64,000 nucleotides of DNA from Raillietiella orientalis. Taxonomy: Eukaryota. Position numbers and translations under genes: made by a program. Where the stretch lies: NCBI GenBank assembly GCA_036172245.1, contig JAYWIR010000005.1, forward strand, positions 806,001 to 870,000. The letters are read 5' to 3'. Below are positions 24,201 to 32,600 of the stretch, in pieces (positions within the stretch are counted from its first letter, which is position 1; each line of letters begins with the position of its first letter). The notes below the pieces were generated by a model that saw nothing but the letters and a program-made list of their open reading frames with translations, did not search any database and was not told the DNA's origin.

Positions 24201-26105
24201 TCAGTCTGTTCAGTCTGCTGGCGGCGTCCGTGACGCAGCTCTCCAAGGTCACGGGAGCGGTCAGGGAAAGACCCACGGCTCCTACGGAGGGAGCTTCGTC
24301 GAATCGTCGTCTTCCTTCGCGTCCCGCGGGTCTGCTGTCGACCAGCGGGAGGAGGCCCGCGGGTCGTCCACCGGTCTTCGTGGTCAGGTGGCTGCGGCCT
24401 CGTCCGGCGGCTCCTGGGACGCCGCGGGCCTCCGGGGCCACGGAGTTTCCTCGGGAGAGACGCGTGGCGGCCATGACAGGAGCCGCGGTTCCCAGTCGTC
24501 GTCATTCGCGTCCCGTGGATCTGCCATCGAGCATCGGGAGGAGGCGCGCGAGGAGGACGTCGCAGTGCGTCATTCCGCGGACGAGGGCCGCTCCGATCGA
24601 CAGCAGCCGTCGAGGAGCGCGTCCACCTACGGGAGCCTGTCGGCCTCTCGCCATCGGTCGGCCGGCCGCGAGGGCACGTCACAGCGAAAGGATTACTCCT
24701 GGAGCACCAGCACGGAGTCCACCGTGACCTCGAACTACAGCAGGGACGGCTTCCAATACTCGAGCAGCCACCGCGAGAGATCTTCCGCGAGCGTGTCGTC
24801 TTCCTCGTTCGGGCTGGATGGCGGCGATGAGCGGACTGATGTCGCCGGGGACGGAAACCGCCGCTGGACGGCAGCGAAGCAGCAGCCGCAGGGCGAAAGG
24901 GGCACCGCCGCCGTGCACTCCGGCAGCCAGTCGGCCGAGTCGGTAGCGGGCGACGGTGGTGAACTCCGACTGGGCGGTGAGCCAGACCACACGGAAGAGA
25001 TGAACCGCAGGCTGTATGGGAGCAACCAGTTCCGGTGGTCCGCCTTTGACCTGGGAGAGGGAGGTGCCGACCCGGATGGCGCCAACGCGGTCGACGTCGA
25101 CGGCGTTCCCGCGAAGGGTCGCCCCGATCAGTGGCAGGGCTTTCTGGAAGGCGCGTCCGCCCAAGTGGGCTCCAAGCGCCAGCAGCAGCAGCACCTCCTA
25201 CGAGGCTCGAGCGAAGCCGGCGGCCAGGAGCGCTCGTCCTCCGCAAGCGCTGCTGCAGGGGCAACTGGCCAGAGGAAGACCTACGATTTCCAGTCGTCGT
25301 CGTCTGAAGAGCGCAGGGAGGAGTTTCACGGCCACAAGACCCAGCGGCACCCGAATGCTGGAGACGTCGTCCAGGAAACCTGGCACTCGTCGTTCAAGTC
25401 CGAGTTCTCCGGTCTCCACCCCACCAGGAAGAGGTACGAATTATCCCCCCCTCCCGATTACACGTCCTCCCATCCGTCTTCACTTCCTCTTTCTGCTCCC
25501 AGGCGAGGAACTGACGGGCAAGGTCGGCGCAGCTACGAAGACGAGCTTCAGTGCGGTTCCTCCGAGTGCACCTTCATCCGCTGCGTGGCAGGTCCCCTGG
25601 CGAAGGACCAGCACGTGCTCTTCGGCGTCCGGTCGCGGCTCTGGGCTCACACCATAAGCAAGGCAGGAGGAAGGGGGAGGGCTCGGCCGCGTGACCTTGG
25701 CCCTCCGTCCTCTCTCGCAGCTCGGCTTCCAGAAGGTGGCCATCGTCTCGAAGCTGGTGACCAAGGTGACCGAACTTCCCCACAGCGTGGATCCCGGGTA
25801 CCTCGACTACCAGGTGCAGGAAGTGCACACCATGGTCAACCCCGAGGAGGGCTACTACCAGCCCAAGCCCATCCCGTGGTGGGTGATTCTGCTGGGAATC
25901 CTCGGAGGGTTGCTGCTCCTCATGCTGATCGTGCTGGGCCTGTGGAAGGTGAGCGGGAGGATCCTCGCTCGAGGCTCTGCCCGACCTCACCCCTCCCCAC
26001 CAGTGCGGGTTCTTCAAGAGACAGCGACCGGACGGCGGCGCCGGCAACGACAGGGAGCCCCTCAACCGCAACGGCCACTGCCACCCGGAGGACCAGTCGT
26101 TGTGA
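4565..26105 (+). CDS. if: Integrin alpha subunit, alphaPS2/inflated-like (RGD-binding class); 20 coding exons, 1832 aa
   Basis: Exons 4565-4725, 14261-14382, 15859-15953, 16878-16998, 18323-18387, 18627-18675, 18730-18905, 18950-19156, 19502-19604, 20663-20891, 20955-21121, 21166-21314, 21383-22005, 22445-22620, 22680-22771, 22896-23043, 23108-25433, 25503-25662, 25721-25948, 26004-26105 sum to 5499 nt with consistent phases. Signal peptide followed by FNLD; FG-GAP repeats ([73 protein letters not shown]); [17 protein letters not shown] as in Drosophila alphaPS2; [14 protein letters not shown] genu; TM segment; KCGFFKR. Confidence 0.96.
11380..11695 (+). repeat. Pyrimidine-rich degenerate repeat (CTTCRTCCATT-like)
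   Basis: Recurrent cttcgtccatt / cttcatccattcctccact units; a similar patch lies at 10180-10265. Confidence 0.6.
14261..14382 (+). CDS. if: Integrin alpha exon 2
   Basis: ttccag|[42 protein letters not shown]|gtgggt. Confidence 0.93.
15859..15953 (+). CDS. if: Integrin alpha exon 3
   Basis: ttccag| [31 protein letters not shown] |gtgagt. Confidence 0.93.
16878..16998 (+). CDS. if: Integrin alpha exon 4
   Basis: ccgcag| [41 protein letters not shown]|gtgagt. Confidence 0.94.
18109..18120 (+). CDS. if: Candidate 12-nt alternative microexon of the integrin (S replaced by CYCRA)
   Basis: Long pyrimidine tract then tcccccag|GCTACTGTCGCG|gtaagt; phase 1-1, frame-preserving, no stop. Confidence 0.65.
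18184..18207 (+). repeat. (TGC)8 microsatellite downstream of the microexon; candidate Muscleblind (YGCY) cluster
   Basis: tgctgctgctgctgctgctgctgc, with further tgct/cgct motifs nearby. Confidence 0.8.
18323..19604 (+). CDS. if: Integrin alpha exons 5-9 (propeller blades 3-6)
   Basis: 18323-18387 [21 protein letters not shown]; 18627-18675 [17 protein letters not shown]; 18730-18905 ..[30 protein letters not shown]..; 18950-19156 ..[25 protein letters not shown]..; 19502-19604 [34 protein letters not shown] (tandem gagcag acceptor). Confidence 0.93.
19615..19842 (+). repeat. Nearly pure polypyrimidine (CCTT/CCT) tract in integrin intron 9
   Basis: About 220 nt with very few purines. Confidence 0.85.
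20663..23043 (+). CDS. if: Integrin alpha exons 10-16 (blade 7, thigh, calf-1, start of calf-2)
   Basis: [125 protein letters not shown]. All introns GT-AG. Confidence 0.94.
23108..25433 (+). CDS. if: Integrin alpha exon 17: 2326-nt exon encoding a low-complexity S/G/H/Q/E-rich insert in calf-2
   Basis: ctgtag|AA ACG.. in frame with ORF 23146-26109; open for 2.3 kb; ends RK-AG|gtacga; phases match the flanking exons. Confidence 0.85.
23650..24543 (+). repeat. Coding tandem repeat, five units of ~192 nt (64 aa)
   Basis: Units start at 23650, 23842, 24034, 24226, 24412. The inner three are near-identical ([63 protein letters not shown]); the outer two are diverged and resemble each other. Confidence 0.95.
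25503..26105 (+). CDS. if: Integrin alpha exons 18-20 (light chain, TM, cytoplasmic tail)
   Basis: 25503-25662 ..[30 protein letters not shown]; 25721-25948 ..[27 protein letters not shown]; 26004-26105 [33 protein letters not shown]. Confidence 0.93.
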
Positions 26106-26338
26106 CTAGGCGGGAGGGACGGCGTCATCTTCGCCTGGTGAAGGAAGGCAAGCAGCAGCAGCAAGTCGTCGCCCGAGATTGCGCTGACCACCGTCCTCTG
26201 CGCGCCGCCGACGCGCGCCATCCCCTCGTCGCCGTCCCAACAGAGACTTCGCATCGCCGCCGACGCCGACGTCAGCGAGCGCTACCAATCCGCCCTGCGC
26301 GAGGACTCGCGCGCCACCTAGTCCAGTCCAATGATGAT

Positions 26339-26344
26339 AATAAA
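26339..26344 (+). terminator. Polyadenylation signal of the integrin gene
   Basis: AATAAA ~230 nt after the stop codon in otherwise GC-rich sequence. Confidence 0.7.
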
Positions 26345-28743
26345 GAAAAAACGTTTCCGTGTCCCCCCTTGGCAGCTACGGCCACGCCCTGGAGCTCGCT
26401 CCTGCGGTGGTGTGGGGGGGGAGCAGCGACGAGGACTCCGGCACACGGACTCGGTGGATGCATCACCACATAGGACCCCAGGGACGTCTCTGACTTCTCT
26501 CCCTCCTCCTGAGCGACTTGACCTGCGGCCTCCTAAGGAACCTTGCGGCAAACGGTGTTCCGATCACTGTCCAGAGATGCCCCCACCAAGGGTAGGATGA
26601 GGTGATCAGCGGTTAGCCATTCCGTAGGGAAGAGAGCAGTATCTTTCTACCGGGGGGTCGAGCCGATGGCACTTGAGTGGGTGGCGGAGGGTCCATCGTC
26701 TTCGCTCACTCTCGAAAAGGTCGGTCGTCCAATGGGCACTATCGCCTCCTTGCTCACCTCTGGCCGCGAGCTGCGGCAGCCAGCCAGTCTCCTCTCTCCG
26801 CCGCCTCTAGGCGCCACCTCACGCCTACGCAGTCAGCGAAAGTGGCGACATCTCTTGGTTAAAGGCACCCACCCTCCCACAGAGAAAGCCATCGGAAATG
26901 AGGAGGGGAGGGAGCGCATCCCTTCTTCCCTCCGGAGATATCCTTTCGGACGTGCCAGAACGGATAGATCCGCCCCCTCCGCCAGTCCGCCCGACCTGTC
27001 TTCCATCCGATCCCTGCCCATGTGGGGAAAGGCGGACCGGGTGCCCCCTGGCGGCGCAGAGCTCCTCACGGGTATCCCTCTTAGCGGGTTGTTGCTGCAG
27101 GATTCCGAGTTTCCCATCTGGTCCTTGAGGGACCTCTCCAGGTGCAACGACCTTGGCTTCTCTTCATTCCTAAGACCACACGCAGATCTCCAGCCGAGTC
27201 TACTGATAATTCATCCCGGAGGTTAGAAGAGATTCGCGTCCCTGCTACTCGTGACGTGACTGCTCTCTCTTGATCCCCCTCCCACCGTGAGCGGATTCCC
27301 CGAGGGGCCGAACCCGAACAGGATTTGCAAGGACTCCACTCTGCGCGACTGGCGCCATGGGTGGAACGCACTCCTCACTCGACCCTGCTGGCGCAGAGCT
27401 CCGACCGCCTCCCGAGCCGCTTTACTCCAGGGGCACGATGGGTCGGTGGTCAGTCGGTTCGGAACGAAGGGAGCACGGGATCTCCCTGCCCGCTCTTCCC
27501 TGCGCGAGCTCCTGACCGTGTCGAGAGCAGCTGCAAGCTTTGCGGCGGCCTTCGCGGGTCGCGGACCCCCCGCTTCGGGCTCCCAAGGGCTTCTCTGGCG
27601 GGGGCAGGGAGGCGACCCAGCGAGCGGCGATTCCAGGCAGTTCCTCGCTTTCGAACCCGGCGCGCCCCTGGGCCGCGCGCGACCGCACGCGCGAGGGAAG
27701 GTGACCGGAATCTGCAAGCAGCAGCCCCGGCGACCCCGTCTCCGTCCTCCTCGCTGCGCCGCCCTCCCGAAAATCTCCGTTGGTGGCCAGCCGCGGCGTC
27801 TCAGGGGCGGAAGTCGATCGCCGCGTCTCCCGTGGTCCTTGCGAAGAGACGACGCCGACGGGCGCCTTCAGGGAGGAACATCGGAAGCTGAGGGTCGAGA
27901 GCGTGAGCTGCTTGATGCCTCCGCCGCGGAGGCGGATGGTCGCCGCTCCCCGCTTCGCCGCTCCGGAGGGCGTGCGTGAAATGGTCACCGGAGCGACGAC
28001 GCCCACACAGGAAACGATGGTTTCCTGCGCGCGGTGACGGCAAAGCAGTTCTTCCTCCATCATCCTTCATCCTTAATCCGCTGGCGTTTCAAGGAGAGAA
28101 AATACCCTTTCGTCCCCTCCCCCTCGTCCAGCGCCCTTCGCCGCCGGTCGACTCGCTCGACACAAACGCCTGCTTTGGGAGCAGCCGGGCGTCCCCAACT
28201 TGGGCGCATTTGGCCGCAAGGGAAACTCCTGGGCTGTCCGAATTTGGGCCGTCGAGGTTGCTAGCGACCGTCCGAGGGGGACCAGCGTCCTGCGCATAAA
28301 TCCGGAGAGGTCTTCGTGGACGTCGGCGTCGACTCGCGGGCTTCGAGAAGGCGGGAAAGCGACAGAGACGAATGGTTTCTCCGTTCTTCTGTCGGTCCCG
28401 TTGCACCGCCGCCGCGCCACACTCGGCGTCGGGGTCACTCCCCGAACTTCCCCAGACGCCATCTGTGCCGGTCCGAGGTACCCCCTGGCGGCCTGCTAAC
28501 GCGCCCACTTCGTCCATTATTAACACGTCGCATGCATGGATTTGCCAGCGCGCATTTTTCCGCGCGCAGGGACCTTCCGGCTGCGTGGACCGGCCACGCC
28601 TCGCAGGCTCATAAATCAGGGATGCGCCGCGTCGTTTGGGGAGCGGCCACACGTCGTTGTCGCTGAGCGAGTGTGCTCGAGGAAGCGCGTTCCCTGTCTG
28701 ATTTATCCTCGCGCGCGCTCCTGAGGTGCAGGGACCGCTCGCG

Positions 28744-29679
28744 ATGGTGCCCAGGGCGAAGCGCCGCTTGGTGGGACGCTGGCAGTGGAGGGACACCAGG
28801 AAGTCCTTCACGGATGTTTCCAAGCCCGTGTTCGTCTGCGGACTCCTGTTCTCCGCGTGGAGTGCCCGTGAAGGCTGCCGCAACGCCTATTCCTCTCCCT
28901 GCTCGCCACCGAAGATTCTCCTCTTGCTCCTGAGGCTGTACAACTTCGCCCACTCCGCCGCGTTCCTGGCGTGCTACGCCCTGGAGGCGTCGCGCGTCTG
29001 CTCGAGGGAGGGGTGGACGGCCAGGGAGACGATACTGGCTGCGACCCTGCTACTCGCGTACGCGCCGTACGGCCTCAGCGCATGCCTCGGCAGGAAGCGG
29101 TCGGGCGGATTCTTCGCCGGGATGGAGCTGCTGGTCCACGTCCACAGGGAGTCGTGCCCACCTTCCGCAGCGCGCTGCAGGTGCTTCCAGGAGCTTTCCA
29201 AGAAGCTTCTCCTGGCAACGGGAGCTTCCGTGCTGCTCCAGTGCATCCTCAACGCCCTGGTTTTCCCCTGGCGCGTGCCCATGGTGGTGATCGCCCTGGT
29301 GCAAACGACGCTGGACCAGTTCACCGTCGCAGTCGTCGTCCTGTACGGCCGCATGTTTGGCCGCGGTGTCCAGGCGGTTTCCGAGGATATCGAGGAAGCG
29401 CTCGTGACGAGGCAGGAGCACCACCTCCTGGGGGTCCTGGAGGCTCGCCGACGAACCTACTCGTGCCTGAACGTGGCTTTCATCCTCCTGGGTTCGTTTG
29501 CTTCACCCCCTGCCATCGCGCTGACGTTGTCGTCTCTCTGCTTCACCGTCGGCTACCTGTTTGCTGGTGCGAAAGGGACTCTGCCGACCGCGGAACTCGT
29601 GGCCGCCTACCTGCTGATCCTCGTTCGGCTGCTGAATTTGATCATCTTGTGCTGCAGCGGGCAGAACGTCTCCGACAAG
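28744..29679 (+). CDS. Gr exon 1 (TM1-TM6)
   Basis: 312 codons with several hydrophobic helices, ending ..LVRLLNLIILCCSGQNVSDK|gtaaga. Confidence 0.85.
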
Positions 29680-32600
29680 GTAAGAGCTGCCCGCGGTTTC
29701 TCTCTTCCACCTCGAAGGAGCCCGTATCTTGTCCCAGAGAGATGCCGCCGCCGCATCGCATCGCGGTTCTGTCTGCGCTCAGAGGGCTTTTTTTTTTTTT
29801 TCTGAGAGGGAGCGGCTTTTAGCGAAGGAAATTTTCCGCATCAGGAGGAGAGCAACGTTCGACGCTGCTGCTGCTCGCAGGGGCTAGGGACGGCGGTTTC
29901 CTCGTGCTCCAGAGGTTCACTCTGGTCAGGGTTGCCACGATTTGCATCCCCCGTCGTTTCGACCCGGTTCGAAAATGCGCTTCGCGCGCGCGCGCACGCG
30001 AAAGGAGCAGAAGCAAAAAGATGGGGGAAAAAAAGGAAAAGCGAAAACTCTCGGACGGTAACGTGGATTCGCGACGTTTCCGAAACGCCATGCGACGCGT
30101 GCGAAACCAAAATTAGCGACATGAAAAATTCTTCCCAAGCGCGAGCAGGGCGACGTGCGCGGACCATGGCAACGCTGTTGTTGCCAGACGTTGCCAATGG
30201 GTGCTTGACAATCGTAAATTCCCATCAAAAGTCAGAATGATGCAGCGAGCGAGGGCAGGAGAGAGGGAGAATCACTTGTTTTCCTGCCTGACTACGTCCG
30301 TAGACGTTTCCTCCCAGCTCCGCGGTTGTGAGGGAACGCTCGTTCAGACGATGATGGAAGCAGCAATGACACTCGCGGAAGAGCGCTCGGAGCGAGGCAC
30401 CCGCAGCATCCGGACCGCTCTGCAACCAACGTTCCTTCCGCTTCTTCGGGAAGCCCGAAGGCCCGGTCCCTGGATCCCGGACTCCCTGCACACGACTCCC
30501 ACCGCGGGGCGGGGCGCATCGCAGAAGGACGCACTTGCGCGCAGCGGCGTTCCCGGGGTTTCGTGCTGGACGCACGCGTGCGCGCGCGCCGCTCGCACGC
30601 CGAGACCTTGCAGGACCACACCGCGAGCCGCTCCTCTTGAATATTTCACGCCAGGTCGTTCGGGACCGCTTCGCGTGCTTTCCGTTACGACGATTCCTGT
30701 AACGATGCTGGTTGTGTCGAAACGCTGGGGATATCGGCACACGTTTCCATATTTCATGTAGGAAAAGAAGCTGTCTCTGCAGTAGTGGCGATGAGTTATG
30801 ACCTGGCACGCTCGTGGCTGAACACGGCGCCCGCGTCGAACCCCCCTCCCCCGCGGAGAGAGAAGAAAGGCGCCGTTTCCGATGCTCCTCTTCGCTCACC
30901 TGCCCGCCACCAAGTGAGGAAGGCAGCAAACTCAGGAAGGTTCGCTCTCCCACCGCGAGATGGCGGTTCCCGCGCTCACGGGAACGGGTGCGAGTAGGAG
31001 AGAGGGATGAGCAGGCAACTCGGCTACTCCTAGGAGTAGCCAAGGTTCTTCCCCCTGGGAGGGGGAAGAACCGGGGAAAATCGAAACGAAGGTCTCCCGC
31101 GCGCATCTCCGGCGCTTCCGGAGCGCCTCCCGGGTGCCGGGTGGGAGCAGGGAGGAACGGCCTCAGAGCGTGAGCCTCGCCTCGTGACGGAGGCGCGGCC
31201 CGCCTAATCTCCAGACGCAGCCAGTCCCACGCCCGTGGGAAAGACTCACGAGAGGGTGGGGGAAGGAAGCTGAAGTCCTCTCCTCCCTTTCGGCCTGCCT
31301 TTGCATTCCCTCTTTTTTTTTTTGTCGATCGGAGAACTGCTCTGCCCGGGGAGCGTAGTCTTCGAGGACTGCGGGACTGCCAAGGACCCATGCCTCAGGG
31401 ACCAATGGCGCCGATCATTCCCACGTTCCGGCGGCCCTCCGCTGCCACCCTCGGCAGCGGGACGGGGCTTCCTGGTCTCCACCGCAACCCCGAGCCGACA
31501 CCGGAAGAGGGAGCGGCGGCCCTTTCTCGCCGACTTCCTGCAGGTGCCGCCCTCTGAGCTAAGCCAGCGGAGGCGCCTGTGTCCCATCTTCCAGAAAGGG
31601 CACCTGCGGTAGTCACGGAAGAAGATCCGAGGAGTAGCCGAGCTGACTGACAAAGTCCTTCCTTGGGGGGCCTCTGGAGATGACGGGACGACCCCGCCGG
31701 GTAGTGAGGAGACACCACCCTGGCCCTTCCATTCCGCCCGGAGGGGCGCGCAGGAGCAGGGCCCTGTGTGGGGTACTCGCAGCTCCTCTCCTCGCTTCTC
31801 CCGGAGGGCGGGACCAGGGCAAGCTCTCCCGCACCCGCGGCGGTACTGAAACCGGCGTGTCTCGCTCGCCCTTCGAGCGCAGGTCATTTCTCCGCGGCGA
31901 CGCAGAGGTCCCTGACTTCCCAGACCGACTTTGGGGGGAAAGTGGATTTGTCAACAGGAGAAGTCCACCCTGTCACCTCCTCCCCGGACACGATAGGCCG
32001 GGGACCCTCTAGCGTGAGCGGCGTGTCGATTCGTTGCATTTTCTCCCCGGCAGAGGATCTTGCAGAGGGTGCATCCCCCCTCCTTTCCCAGGTGTTCACT
32101 TCCAGCAAGGGGGGGAAGGGCCGAAAGGAGTGCAAGGATCTCTTGACCCCCCTCTCCCTCGCCCTAACTTTCGCAGGAAGTGCCCCACCCACCCACGCGG
32201 GCGTAGCCCGAGGCGTTTTCCAGGGCCTCGCCCTTCCGTCTAACCTTCCTACCCACCCTCGCCTTCGCGTGGGCTCACTGCCGCCAATGGGGGGCGGCGG
32301 GATCCCAACGCCCTTCCCTCACTGCCCTGCCACGTTCGACCGCAATCGGCCAGGAGGGCGTCCCCATGTAGACCGCCGGCCGAGCCGCACCGGAGAGCGA
32401 GCGAGGGCGAGGCAGTGCCTCCGGATACCCTGCGGCCACTTCCCGTTTCCCCGAGCGCTGGTCCTCCCGTGAGCTTCTGGCAGGGAGAAAAGAAGGGAAT
32501 GAGGCAAGCAGGGGAAGGGGCTTTGCCTTCCGGGAGGGTCCAGCGACCCCTCTCCCCCTCTGCCTCCTCCTCCTTCTCGCGGACTGACTCACTCGCTCTT

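Noticed and set aside
23650..24543. Repeat array as CRISPR or satellite
   Set aside because: Units are contiguous, in-frame coding repeats without unique spacers, in a eukaryotic exon.
23146..26109. 987-aa ORF as a standalone gene
   Set aside because: It is integrin exons 17-18 read through an in-frame intron, then out of frame after the GC-AG intron.
30318..30400. Alternative candidate for Gr exon 2 (LRGCEGTLVQTMMEAA..)
   Set aside because: No phase-0 donor; 32611-32697 has better splice sites, length and phase.
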